Source: Promethearchaeota archaeon (GTDB lineage: Archaea > Asgardarchaeota > Lokiarchaeia > Sigyniarchaeales > SOKP01). Taken from it: DNA of 64,000 nt. Under the pieces are notes generated by a model. That model saw only the letters and a list, made by a program, of their open reading frames with translations, did no database searches and was not told the DNA's origin. The position numbers were made by a program, and so were the translations under genes. The stretch spans positions 92,076 through 156,075 of the forward strand of contig JAHPZI010000002.1 in assembly GCA_019058295.1 (NCBI GenBank), read 5' to 3'. This document shows positions 50,278 to 60,269 of this stretch, one piece after another (position 1 is the first letter of the stretch; each line of letters opens with the position of its first letter).

Positions 50278-51438
50278 ATGGAGCTTGATACTTTAAAATT
50301 ACTTCTGAATACAGATGAAAGAAAGACTTTATATTTAGAGATTATAAATACATTTGAAAAATTAGATAAATTAGAATACATCTCCCATGAAAAATTCGAA
50401 ACCTCCGAAGGAATTATACCTATAATATTTATTAATAAATCTCTTGAAATAGATGAGATTAAAAATGTAAAACTCTTTATTGGTGCCCAGCACAACGAAT
50501 ATAACGGTCTCTTTGGCATCTTGGAGTTTCTCCAAATGGTCCAAGAACAAAAGAGAATTATTGAAAAAATTTTAAAAAAAGACCAGATTTTAATTTTTCT
50601 TCCATTAATGAATCCTTACGGTTTCCTCAATCCTTCTAAAGATAATAAATCAGGTTATTATTTAAAAAATGGCACGAATCTTAACAGATTCTGGCGTAGA
50701 ACGTTTGCTCCTGAATATCAAAATTTTAATGATGATCAAATCGAATATCCTATCCCAGAACACGCTAAAATTGTAAAAAAGGTACTCAATAAATACTGGG
50801 AAAAAGAAGATATACCCATTTATATATTAGATTTTCATGAAACTTCACTTCTGGAAAGGATTCCAAATGAATTAAACAGGGAATTAAAAAAAAAGTCTTA
50901 CACTTATAAATTTGATCATTGGCTCAAAGAAAGCATTATACTAAATGTAATGGAACTCTACGATATAAAATATTATAAAAAACCTTTATTTTTTAAATGT
51001 AATCCCTCTGCAAATCACAACCATATTAGCTTAAGTATTAAACAAATTGATTATGTCTCCGAAAAATTATTAGAATATTTAAAAACCAATAAAGAAAAAT
51101 TGCCTTTTTATTTTTGCTACTGCGAAAAAAGCAAAAAATGTTGCGAGAGTGTAGCATATGAAGTTTATAATAAATTAAAAGATAAACTTTGGGAGACTTG
51201 TTATCCAGCTGTCGATCATTTTCATGATCATGGATGTTTCGTGAAATTGGGCGATGCTACTCCACGAAAGAATCTATTTTCAATGGAATTAGAGTCTCAA
51301 AAACAATTTTTCAATTTATTTGAGGAAATAGAGAAAAGTATAACTGATCCTAATTACTATGAAAATAAATTAAAATGTATCAATCTTGGTATTGAACTAG
51401 CCAAGGAAACTATATTCACTCTTATTAAAATGTTTTAA
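50278..51438 (+). CDS. M14-family zinc carboxypeptidase / AstE-AspA-like deacylase
   Basis: GAQHNEYNG (HxxE-like), PLMNPYG, NLNR, LDFHET and late MELE motifs. Confidence 0.82.
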   Translation: MELDTLKLLLNTDERKTLYLEIINTFEKLDKLEYISHEKFETSEGIIPIIFINKSLEIDEIKNVKLFIGAQHNEYNGLFGILEFLQMVQEQKRIIEKILKKDQILIFLPLMNPYGFLNPSKDNKSGYYLKNGTNLNRFWRRTFAPEYQNFNDDQIEYPIPEHAKIVKKVLNKYWEKEDIPIYILDFHETSLLERIPNELNRELKKKSYTYKFDHWLKESIILNVMELYDIKYYKKPLFFKCNPSANHNHISLSIKQIDYVSEKLLEYLKTNKEKLPFYFCYCEKSKKCCESVAYEVYNKLKDKLWETCYPAVDHFHDHGCFVKLGDATPRKNLFSMELESQKQFFNLFEEIEKSITDPNYYENKLKCINLGIELAKETIFTLIKMF

Positions 51439-52422
51439 CTATTTATTAAAAAATTTAAGAATAGCTCCAACAATCGCAAGTTCATCTTTTTTATACGTAT
51501 GGCGTCCTTTATTCATTATTAATTGATTTTCTGCTGATAATTCCAGAATCTCTCTATTTTCCTCAAAATTTTTAAAGGGTATTATTCTATCATTCCTAGT
51601 GTGTATAAGAAAGACTCTTCTTGTAAATTTTTTCCATTCCTCTTGAGATAAATTATTTTTCAAATTTTTTATAATGAGATAAGGGGACAATTGTTCATTA
51701 ACATCATCATTAGGGCTTAAATATATACCCTTCATGAGATAATTAAATTTAACTATACGTTTTGATATCTTTATGTTTTCTCTATATTTTGAGATTGATG
51801 AGACTGCAACAATTTTTTCAATATCTTTATCGGGAAAGCCTCCACATAATACTGTTAATGCCCCAATGCTTACTCCAATACAGTTGATTTTAAAATTATT
51901 GAATTTCTCATGATTTCTTATCCATTTAATTATTGTTTTAAAATCTTCAATACGCTTTATAAAATCACTTCTATTTCCAGTTTTTTTAGATCCTCCAATC
52001 CCTCGCGCATCGTATGCTAAAATTACATATCCATGATATGCTAGTGGAAAATAGTAGCACTGAAGAGTTTCTTTAGTATCAGAAAATCCTGGACTTATAA
52101 TCACAATTGTATTTTTTAAACTTACAGTCTCTTGATTTCTTGAAATTATCAAATCTGCATATAAATATCCCCCATCAACATTAATTTTAACTTTCGATTT
52201 TTCAATCGCTTCTAAATGGAGAGATTTCCATCTATCAAAATATATTTCCCTCAAACTAAAATAAATTTGAAAAGGTGTAAAAATAATTAAAAAAGTCGTA
52301 GTTGATAAAATTAAACATGTCCAGAAAGTATTGTTCCATTCCGCATTTACGTGCCAAATAAACGCACTAATTAAAAGATCAATGACTATTAATATGAAAT
52401 ATTTTTTAGTTTTAGTTAGCAT
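51439..52422 (-). CDS. Membrane-anchored alpha/beta hydrolase
   Basis: Two N-terminal TM helices, YDARGIGGS, GVSIG nucleophile, D and H triad residues; likely ATG at 52422. Confidence 0.88.
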   Translation of the reverse strand: MLTKTKKYFILIVIDLLISAFIWHVNAEWNNTFWTCLILSTTTFLIIFTPFQIYFSLREIYFDRWKSLHLEAIEKSKVKINVDGGYLYADLIISRNQETVSLKNTIVIISPGFSDTKETLQCYYFPLAYHGYVILAYDARGIGGSKKTGNRSDFIKRIEDFKTIIKWIRNHEKFNNFKINCIGVSIGALTVLCGGFPDKDIEKIVAVSSISKYRENIKISKRIVKFNYLMKGIYLSPNDDVNEQLSPYLIIKNLKNNLSQEEWKKFTRRVFLIHTRNDRIIPFKNFEENREILELSAENQLIMNKGRHTYKKDELAIVGAILKFFNK

Positions 52423-52432
52423 GTGAAAAGAG

Positions 52433-52795
52433 TTATTTTTTTCTTTTGCCTCTTCTTTCTGCTTCGGTCCAAGGTTTCTTTTTTGATTCCTTTCCAGGTG
52501 GACACCCAAAATCATCTCTAACTTTACAATCTGGCTTGCTATCACTCCCTGGACAGGGTTCGCACTTGATTTTTCTCATCATTTTCTCAACTTCACTAAC
52601 TTCATAGCCAAATTCTTCATCTTCAGTCTCATCTGCCAACATCTCATCTTCTATTTCACTGAGGTCGTAAATTATATCATCAGTTAAGTCATCTTTTTCA
52701 TCATATAAATCTATAATTTCATCTCCATCTTCATCAGCTTTACCTTCAGGGACGTCATCATTTTCAGTTACTTTAGTAGGTTTTTTTTTTGCCAC
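52433..52795 (-). CDS. Small acidic protein with Cys4 cluster and basic termini
   Basis: GTG start; D/E-rich core; CEPC..C..C; ends in RRGKRKK. Confidence 0.72.
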   Translation of the reverse strand: MAKKKPTKVTENDDVPEGKADEDGDEIIDLYDEKDDLTDDIIYDLSEIEDEMLADETEDEEFGYEVSEVEKMMRKIKCEPCPGSDSKPDCKVRDDFGCPPGKESKKKPWTEAERRGKRKK

Positions 52796-52888
52796 TTATT
52801 ACTCACAACATTATGATTTAATGAATATTTGAATTAAAAATTATAATTAAATATAAAATGAATAGTAATTTAGATTTTATGATTTTAT

Positions 52889-53866
52889 CTAAACCATACC
52901 TATTTCTGTTTCAATAAGCCTAGTCATCCCAATGTCAAAGAAATTTTGGAAGCTATTTAAGAAATATTTAATGGAGTTCCTTAGTTCAAGTTCTTCAAAA
53001 GTTTCTCCTGGCTTTATTTCGGTGAATGTTGAACTTAAAGTATTTAACTCATTATAGAACTCTGAAATTGTATCAAGGTTGATATTATCATAATCATTTA
53101 CAATATCTATTAGAAGCTTGGGAATTTTGATGATTAAATTAAAATACTTCTTTAAAAGATTTGAAGGAAAATGTTGTAAATTTAATGCTTCGTTTATAAA
53201 ATCTCTCACATAGATAAGAACGACGCGGTTTCCCAAGAATTGAATAACAGGCAAATTACGATAACTCTTAGAGACGGGATAATCTGATAATCCCGTAATA
53301 AGAATTCTCCTACCTAAAGAATATTTTCTATCAATTTCAGCTAATAATAATTCGTTATTTTTTTTAGATTTCCCTTCGATGACATTGTTGATTATTCTAT
53401 TGAAGGTATTAATCAATTCCATAAGCACATCTTTAAAAGTCTTTTTTGAGGTGTCCGTTAAGAAGTATACGAGAAATTGATTTGTGTCTGGTATTTCTTT
53501 GAAATCCATGCCAATCATTTCCCCCCTCAATTGAGTTAATAAATCAAAAATATTGTCTTGATTTTTATTACTAAATTGAATGTAAATCTCATTAACGTCC
53601 AGTTTAAATGCTGAAATGAGAGCTTGTTTAATTAAATCAATTGACCAATCAAGATTGATGTTAAGGACAGTTTTTTGTTTCTCTCTATCCCCAGTTTTTA
53701 TGACTATTGAGGATTCGTCAATAGGATATATAGTTACTTCTGATTTTTCTTTTAATTTTGCTTCCTTGGTCCAATCTTGTGGAAATGTAATTGCATGAGA
53801 ATTTCCAAGCTTTATTACACTTCTTACATATTTCTCTTTAAAATCTTTATCAGTATTCTCAACCAT
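52889..53866 (-). CDS. AbrB-domain/PhoU-like regulator
   Basis: RSVIKLGNSHAITFPQDW (AbrB/SpoVT) followed by a helical region; likely ATG at 53866. Confidence 0.8.
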   Translation of the reverse strand: MVENTDKDFKEKYVRSVIKLGNSHAITFPQDWTKEAKLKEKSEVTIYPIDESSIVIKTGDREKQKTVLNINLDWSIDLIKQALISAFKLDVNEIYIQFSNKNQDNIFDLLTQLRGEMIGMDFKEIPDTNQFLVYFLTDTSKKTFKDVLMELINTFNRIINNVIEGKSKKNNELLLAEIDRKYSLGRRILITGLSDYPVSKSYRNLPVIQFLGNRVVLIYVRDFINEALNLQHFPSNLLKKYFNLIIKIPKLLIDIVNDYDNINLDTISEFYNELNTLSSTFTEIKPGETFEELELRNSIKYFLNSFQNFFDIGMTRLIETEIGMV

Positions 53867-53977
53867 TAAATTACACCTAAATAAAATATAAATAAATTGA
53901 GTTATATTATATAATATAATATATAATTTTTTCAAGAATATAAATCTATGTTCAAAATATAATTCTCTTAATTTCAG

Positions 53978-55939
53978 CTAAAAGCAGATATCTTCCCTTT
54001 CAAGAGTCAATTTATTATGGCTTCTTAATTCAAAATAAAGAGCATTTATATCGTTTAAACTTGACTGTAATTCTTCATTATTGAACGTAACTAATTCTGA
54101 TTTATATGATTGAGTCAAAATATGCTTCAAATTAATATTAGGAAAACAATTCGTTGAGGAAAACACTTCATCTACTAAATAATATATTGATGTTTGCTGT
54201 AATTGATCAAAATAAAGTGTGTTGACTAAAGAGTTAGTAAGATCCAAGAAAAAATTTATTTGTTGATCAAAATCACTCAAATTAAGAGATTTAATAAAAT
54301 TCAAATTTGGTTTTTCTTGTATTTCATATTTCAATTGAGAAAGAACTGATAGTATTTTTCCTAGATTTGATAAAGATTTAGGTAATTTGTTAGGTATTGG
54401 GAGCCTTTTAATAAAACTTCCATTAAATCTGAGAAAGCCGCCTGACATATGTAGAGTCCCAAAAAGAGTTTTGAATACTATATCCATTAATTTAGAATTT
54501 AAAATTGTAAGGAGACAATACAATTCATCGGTATCTAATGAAGGTATTCTAATAAAATATAAACCCGTAATATTAGTAAATATACCGGGATCGTAGACAC
54601 AAGTGAGATCTTTAGCAATTTCTCTAAAGATAATTTTTTCACTGCTGAGTTTTTCCCAAATATTATGAAAGTCTGGTTTATAATTAAAAAATGAAACTTC
54701 GATGTCTCTTTTAGCAATTTTAATACGCTTCCTATGATTTATATAATATTTTCCAACATTTCCAGTCCCTAATAAGAGAAGATCTTTTTCAGATGTTCTT
54801 TTTTCAGTAATATTATCAAAATATTTACTGTATTTCAAGAATCCGTATGGTCGATAAATAATTTTTAAGTCTTTAAAAGTATCTGAAAAGGTTTTATAAT
54901 TCTCATAAAGAAAACTTACTAGTTCAAGATTTCCAGAAATTGGAATAACATTAGATGGGAATTGATGAGTTAATTTCTGGAGTAAAGTCATGGATTTTGA
55001 ACTATTATCTTTAATGATATCTTCCAAGTTTTTATATTCTTTTATAATTATTTCATTTGAATTAGTAGGAATTCTTTTATTAAGAGAGAGAATTACAGGA
55101 TAGGTGGCACTTTTTCTAAAAATAGGTAAGGACGATATATTAATAATTTCTTTGAGTTCTGTTTCTCTAAGTAACAAATTTCTTATTTTAATACCGTAAT
55201 CTGAAGATAAAAATTTATTTGGTAATATAAATGAAAGATATCCAGAATATTCTTTTAAAATTTGCAAAGATTTTTCAATAAACAATATCGCAATATCAAA
55301 TAGCTTATAAGCTGTTTTATAGTTTTTGTATAATTCTTTTTTGTAAAGATTATCTTTCAACCTCTTATTTTCAATATAAGGGGGATTTCCAATAATTAAA
55401 TCAAAACTATTGTCTTTATCAAATTCTAAAAGGTAATCCAGATTAAAAATATTAAGTTTAATCTTATCTTGTTTAATTGTTTGCTCAATCTTATTAAAAT
55501 CTAGATTTTCTAAATCGATTTCGATTAAATCTTGATTTATTGGATGATCTGAATATAACCAATTTAGTAAACTTAATACAGATATGAAACAGGCAGATTT
55601 ATCAATATCTATACCATAAATGTTTTTTTTTAGAATATCTTTTTTCAGCTTAAACTCATTTAAAAGTGGATTCATTCTTTTCTTTATATTGAATAAAAAT
55701 TCAGCAATACTTATTAGAAATCTTCCAGAACCACAAGCAGGATCTAAAATTTTAATATTTTCAAGCTCTTTATCGATTTTTTCTCTTAATTCGCAATTAA
55801 AATAGATTTTAAATATCCTTTTAATAATAAAACTTGAAATTTCATTTGGAGTATAGACAATACCAAAATTTTTTATATCAACTTTTTCTTTACTTCTATT
55901 ATTTTCAAATTTAACAATAAATTCTTTTAGAAATTCCAT
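53978..55939 (-). CDS. N6-adenine DNA methyltransferase (gamma class, Eco57I/TaqI-like)
   Basis: GIVYTP, ILDPACGSGRFL, IYGIDID, IIGNPPY and a TaqI-C-like tail (ILNSKL...IKRLPIP). Confidence 0.9.
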   Translation of the reverse strand: MEFLKEFIVKFENNRSKEKVDIKNFGIVYTPNEISSFIIKRIFKIYFNCELREKIDKELENIKILDPACGSGRFLISIAEFLFNIKKRMNPLLNEFKLKKDILKKNIYGIDIDKSACFISVLSLLNWLYSDHPINQDLIEIDLENLDFNKIEQTIKQDKIKLNIFNLDYLLEFDKDNSFDLIIGNPPYIENKRLKDNLYKKELYKNYKTAYKLFDIAILFIEKSLQILKEYSGYLSFILPNKFLSSDYGIKIRNLLLRETELKEIINISSLPIFRKSATYPVILSLNKRIPTNSNEIIIKEYKNLEDIIKDNSSKSMTLLQKLTHQFPSNVIPISGNLELVSFLYENYKTFSDTFKDLKIIYRPYGFLKYSKYFDNITEKRTSEKDLLLLGTGNVGKYYINHRKRIKIAKRDIEVSFFNYKPDFHNIWEKLSSEKIIFREIAKDLTCVYDPGIFTNITGLYFIRIPSLDTDELYCLLTILNSKLMDIVFKTLFGTLHMSGGFLRFNGSFIKRLPIPNKLPKSLSNLGKILSVLSQLKYEIQEKPNLNFIKSLNLSDFDQQINFFLDLTNSLVNTLYFDQLQQTSIYYLVDEVFSSTNCFPNINLKHILTQSYKSELVTFNNEELQSSLNDINALYFELRSHNKLTLEREDICF

Positions 55940-56046
55940 TTCGAGATTAAATTACCTTAATTTAAAATTCCTTACATATAATATTATACAAAGATAGTTT
56001 TATAATTGTAGGATGTATTATATTTTATTTATCAGAGTTTAGCATT

Positions 56047-56937
56047 TTGATTGACTTACAAAACCTTATTAAGAACCCAGATTCTATCTCTAATCTTAAT
56101 TTCGAGACTATTTCTGAGATTTTGGGACAATCGAGAGATATTTTTAAGAATGAACCTCTATTATTGGAATTTAATTTAGAAAATTCTGAAGAGATTATTG
56201 TTCTTGGCGATATACATGGCAATATGCAAACTTTAATGAAATTAATAGAAATAATTAATAAAGAGAAGCCGAAATTTATTATATCCTTAGGTGATATAGT
56301 TGATCGTGGACCAAAACAACAGGAATGCCTGATTCTCATGCTATCGTTAAAGATTCTTAATCCAAATGAGTTTTTTATTTTAAAAGGTAATCATGAAACT
56401 TTTGAAATGAACCAAGCGTATGGTTTTTTTTATGAGTTTATGAGTAAATTTAAAGATCCAAATAAATTCAACGAAGTTTTGGCAGTTTATAATGTTCTTC
56501 CAAGTTGTGCTATAGTTAACAATTTAATTCTATGTTTACATGGAGGGATCCCTGAAGATATTGAAATTCTAACTAAATTAAAAGGATTAAAAACAAGCGA
56601 CATTAATCAATCTTTAATGAATTCAATTGGAGAGGGAATTTTTCAAATAATCTGGAATGATCCAAAAGATGCATTAAAAGATTTTACTGGGAGTTTTAGA
56701 GGTCCTGGAATTAAGTTCTTTGGCGAAGAGGCGTTTAATAAGTTTATGAACGCTAATAATTTAAAATATCTCATTAGAGCTCATGAATGCTTCCCTGAAG
56801 GATATAGGTGGTTTTTTGGCAAAAGGTTGTTATCCATATTTTCAGCTGCTAATTATCGAGGGCCTTCTTCAAATCCTGCATCTTATGCGATAATTAAGAA
56901 TAACGAAATTATTCCAAAAACCTTGGAATTGTCATAA
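56047..56937 (+). CDS. PPP-family Ser/Thr protein phosphatase
   Basis: GDIHG, GDIVDRG, KGNHE, HGGI, WNDP, RAHE and FSAANY motifs. Confidence 0.94.
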   Translation: MIDLQNLIKNPDSISNLNFETISEILGQSRDIFKNEPLLLEFNLENSEEIIVLGDIHGNMQTLMKLIEIINKEKPKFIISLGDIVDRGPKQQECLILMLSLKILNPNEFFILKGNHETFEMNQAYGFFYEFMSKFKDPNKFNEVLAVYNVLPSCAIVNNLILCLHGGIPEDIEILTKLKGLKTSDINQSLMNSIGEGIFQIIWNDPKDALKDFTGSFRGPGIKFFGEEAFNKFMNANNLKYLIRAHECFPEGYRWFFGKRLLSIFSAANYRGPSSNPASYAIIKNNEIIPKTLELS

Positions 56938-57291
56938 TTAATATCTCTTACTTTCTTCCAAGAATGACTTCATTAGATCTTCAGAAGGATAATAAACATA
57001 AGCTTCTACTTCTTTTTCCTTAATGATTTTTACTTTTACCAGTAATCGATGGTACAAGACACCTTCATTTTCAATAGTATCAATTCTTTCGAGTAAGGAA
57101 TCAGGAACTTCAAAATAAACTTCACCCTCTACAATTGATCCTTCTTCACGAATGATAAATGGAAACCCTAATGTCGGAGGTTCAACTTTCTTATAATCTG
57201 ATAATATAGCTTTTTTATATGATAAATCCTTAAGTATATAATTCCGACTTTGCCCGTGCTGTAAAGTTCCATAAACGAAAAGATTATTCAG
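56938..57291 (-). CDS. Gamma-glutamylcyclotransferase (GGCT/AIG2-like), absent from the ORF track
   Basis: Manual translation: LNNLFVYGTLQHGQSRN...FPFII...VEGEVY...RIDTIENEGVLYHR...AYVY. No in-frame ATG/GTG/TTG precedes the motif; CTG at 57291 is the apparent start. Confidence 0.85.
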   Translation of the reverse strand: MNNLFVYGTLQHGQSRNYILKDLSYKKAILSDYKKVEPPTLGFPFIIREEGSIVEGEVYFEVPDSLLERIDTIENEGVLYHRLLVKVKIIKEKEVEAYVYYPSEDLMKSFLEESKRY

Positions 57292-57384
57292 CTTCTGGTC
57301 GTGCCTTTTATTATTATTACTAGAATTTTATGAATTCAATTTTGATTGTTCAAGTAAATTGTTAAAAATAAGATTTTTCAGTCT

Positions 57385-57648
57385 TTACAGAGAAGACGCA
57401 TCAGGTTTTACAAACAACAAATTATTACCACGAATAAAAATTTCATTGTACTTTGCAACTGGACTTTCATCCATTATTTCTGTAACATCTTCTAAAATCA
57501 TGTTCATATATGCATCAATTTCTTTTAGAATTCCCCGATATTCAGTTCCATCTTTTAATCGTAGCAAAATTTTTGATTTTTGGGCATTTTGCAATATGGT
57601 TAAAGGATTTTTTCCTTTTCTCTGTTGATTATTATTATTTCTTGACAT
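57385..57648 (-). CDS. Sm-like archaeal protein (SmAP/Lsm)
   Basis: LKDGTEYRGIL..IDAYMNMILED (Sm1) and IFIRGNNL (Sm2). Confidence 0.94.
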   Translation of the reverse strand: MSRNNNNQQRKGKNPLTILQNAQKSKILLRLKDGTEYRGILKEIDAYMNMILEDVTEIMDESPVAKYNEIFIRGNNLLFVKPDASSL

Positions 57649-57775
57649 ACTAACTTTAAACCTTTTAAAAAAAAAATATCATTAATATCATATCATTAAT
57701 AGATATTTTAAAGATAAATTTTTTTGAATAAAAACCTTATTATCTGATATTAACCTTTTTAGAATTTAAATTTCA

Positions 57776-58387
57776 TTGGTAATTTGTTTGAAAAAGAGGA
57801 CAGAGAATCCAGATAAGAAAAAAGAGATTATAAATAAATACGATGCCAGCTCAGATTATTATGAAAGAAGATACTCTGCAATTCAATATAAAAAATATGA
57901 AATTGTTCTAAAAGATTTTATACTAAGAGATAAAGTCATATTAGATGCCGGTTGCGGAACGGGATTACTATATGATTTCATAATTAGTTCAATAGAACAA
58001 TCTAAAACAGCATATTATTCCTATATAGCAATTGATATCTCAATTAATATGCTAAAAATTTTCAAATCGAAAAATTTCAATAAAGATAAGAACATAAGAA
58101 ACAAATTAAATTTAGTATTATCAGATTTAGAAAATTTACCAATTAGAGGTAATATAGTTAATTCAGTTTTATCTCTTACTTCTCTTCAAAATTTGCCTCA
58201 CATTAATGATGGAGTTAAAGAAACTCTTAGAGTAGCTAAAGATGAGATAAAAATTTCAATCCTAAAGAAGAAATTAGACTTGGATCAATTACTCTCTATA
58301 TTAAAACCAAGAATAGATAACCTTGAAATTATTGACAATGAAACTATAGAAGATATTATTCTTCAAGGAAAAAAAGTTAAAACTTAG
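57776..58387 (+). CDS. Class I SAM-dependent methyltransferase
   Basis: ILDAGCGTG, IDISINML and DLENLP motifs. Confidence 0.9.
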   Translation: MVICLKKRTENPDKKKEIINKYDASSDYYERRYSAIQYKKYEIVLKDFILRDKVILDAGCGTGLLYDFIISSIEQSKTAYYSYIAIDISINMLKIFKSKNFNKDKNIRNKLNLVLSDLENLPIRGNIVNSVLSLTSLQNLPHINDGVKETLRVAKDEIKISILKKKLDLDQLLSILKPRIDNLEIIDNETIEDIILQGKKVKT

Positions 58388-58398
58388 GGCATGAAATA

Positions 58399-59277
58399 TT
58401 ATTTTTGATAAAATTTTGATAATATCTCATCAATATTACTTTTAATTTTGAATTTTTTTTTAAAATAATTACACAAATTTTCAATATCTCGTTTTAGGAG
58501 AAAATTTGCATTTGGATGTCCACTATGAACCCATTGCAGCCAATCTATTATTAATATATTTCCTTCTTCGTCCACAACGATATTAAACTCTCCCAAATCA
58601 CCATGAACTAAGTTTGCTTCCTGATATATTATTCTCATCTGGTCAATGATTTTATTAAATATGTATTCAGGCTTATCAATACTCTTATAATAAACTAATT
58701 CTTTTCCTCTCAAATATTCCATTACAATTATGTGCCTGTTATATCCAATTGGGTTAGGTGTATTTAATTTGAGCTTATATATCTTTTCTAATGCTTCAAA
58801 TTCTTTCCTAGCAGCAAGCCTATTTACATAAAGCCAAGAGAAGTGCCCTCTTTCACCAATTAAATCTCTATATTTTTTAATATTCTTAAAACTTCTTCTT
58901 CCCATACGATAGATCTTAAGCGCAAATATATTTTCATTGTCATCCATACAGCTATAAACATCGGATTCCTTTCCTTTTCCAATAATTGGACCTAATTGAC
59001 TGATAATATTTTTCTCTACTAAAGCATGCAAAGCTAATAAATCGTATCCAATAGAATTAAGAGTGTATGAAATTTCATGCTCTGATGTGTTTCTAATTAT
59101 TAAATCGTTCTTATGAACTTTTTTTAGTCTAAATAAGGTTTCCTCTCTTGGATATCTGGAATAAAATTTAATATTGTTAACTGAGACATATTCTGATCTT
59201 TTCATACCAATTTCTATTGCCATTAGTATCCTAAAATCTTCTTTATCAAGTTTCTTAAGTAGTTTAGCCGCTTCCAC
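58399..59277 (-). CDS. rio2: RIO2 Ser/Thr kinase
   Basis: N-terminal wHTH (DFRILMAIEIGM, GYDLLAL), GKGKESDVY, VHGDLGEFNI and IIDW motifs. Confidence 0.94.
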   Translation of the reverse strand: MEAAKLLKKLDKEDFRILMAIEIGMKRSEYVSVNNIKFYSRYPREETLFRLKKVHKNDLIIRNTSEHEISYTLNSIGYDLLALHALVEKNIISQLGPIIGKGKESDVYSCMDDNENIFALKIYRMGRRSFKNIKKYRDLIGERGHFSWLYVNRLAARKEFEALEKIYKLKLNTPNPIGYNRHIIVMEYLRGKELVYYKSIDKPEYIFNKIIDQMRIIYQEANLVHGDLGEFNIVVDEEGNILIIDWLQWVHSGHPNANFLLKRDIENLCNYFKKKFKIKSNIDEILSKFYQK

Positions 59278-59368
59278 AAATAAAATATCTATTTTGTCCT
59301 TTTTTAATTTATTGAGTTAAAGATACAGACCCTATAAAAAACTAAATTATTAAAAATAGATTTTAATT

Positions 59369-60268
59369 TTATTGATTTTCTAATCTTCTTTTAATTTCGT
59401 TCCATTGAGCTTCAATGAAAGAGTTATAATTATCAATATCTTGTTGTTTGATATCTTTAAACCTTTTCTGAGCTATTAAATATTCTTCGATAGGTTTTCT
59501 ATTAGAGGCATCTAAATGCTTTTTACTAGGTTTTGATAATATGAATTTTCCATTAAAAACTTCATAAAGAGGCCAAAATCCCGTCTCTGTAGCCAATCTC
59601 CCAATTTTAATTGTATCTTTGGGATCATAACCCCATCCAGGAGGACAAGCTGAGAGAATATGTATATATTTAGTGCCTTTTATATCTCTGGCTTTTTGAA
59701 ACTTTTCGTACAAATCAAAAATATATGAACCATTAGCAGTTGCGACATATGGAATTCCGTGAGCTTCAAGAATTTTTGGCATATTTTTTTTAGGTCTAGT
59801 TTTTCCACCAGGAGTAGTTGCTGTAAAGGCTCCGAGGGGTGTTGAACCACTTCTTTGAACTCCTGTATTCATATAAGCCTCGTTATCATAACATGCATAA
59901 ATAAAATTGGTGCCTCTTTCAGCCGCTCCACTAAGGGCCTGTATACCAATATCAGTAGTACCCCCATCTCCTGCAAATGCCACTACACATATTTCATCAG
60001 CTAATCCTTTTTCTTCTAAAGATGAAACTATACCAGAAGCAGCTGCTCCTGTGGTCGCGAAAGGGGTATGAAGTACAGAGAGTTTAGTTGTGCAAAATCC
60101 CTGCATGCCATGTAAAACGGTAAGACATGAAGCTGGAACTGTCAATATTGTTTTTGGCCCAAGCGCTTTAAGAGCAAATCGATAAATTAAAGCCATTGCA
60201 CATCCCGCACACATCCTTGTACCAGGATGAATATATTCATCTTCAACAATATCTAATACATTTACCAT
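59369..60268 (-). CDS. porB: 2-oxoacid (pyruvate-type):ferredoxin oxidoreductase beta subunit
   Basis: CAGCA, AGDGGTTDIG, DNEAYMNTGVQRS and CPPGW motifs; likely ATG at 60268. Confidence 0.9.
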   Translation of the reverse strand: MVNVLDIVEDEYIHPGTRMCAGCAMALIYRFALKALGPKTILTVPASCLTVLHGMQGFCTTKLSVLHTPFATTGAAASGIVSSLEEKGLADEICVVAFAGDGGTTDIGIQALSGAAERGTNFIYACYDNEAYMNTGVQRSGSTPLGAFTATTPGGKTRPKKNMPKILEAHGIPYVATANGSYIFDLYEKFQKARDIKGTKYIHILSACPPGWGYDPKDTIKIGRLATETGFWPLYEVFNGKFILSKPSKKHLDASNRKPIEEYLIAQKRFKDIKQQDIDNYNSFIEAQWNEIKRRLENQ

Positions 60269-60269
60269 A

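Noticed and set aside
57676-57701. ATATCATTAATA direct repeat upstream of the Sm gene
   Set aside because: Short and almost all A/T; cannot be distinguished from a chance slippage duplication.
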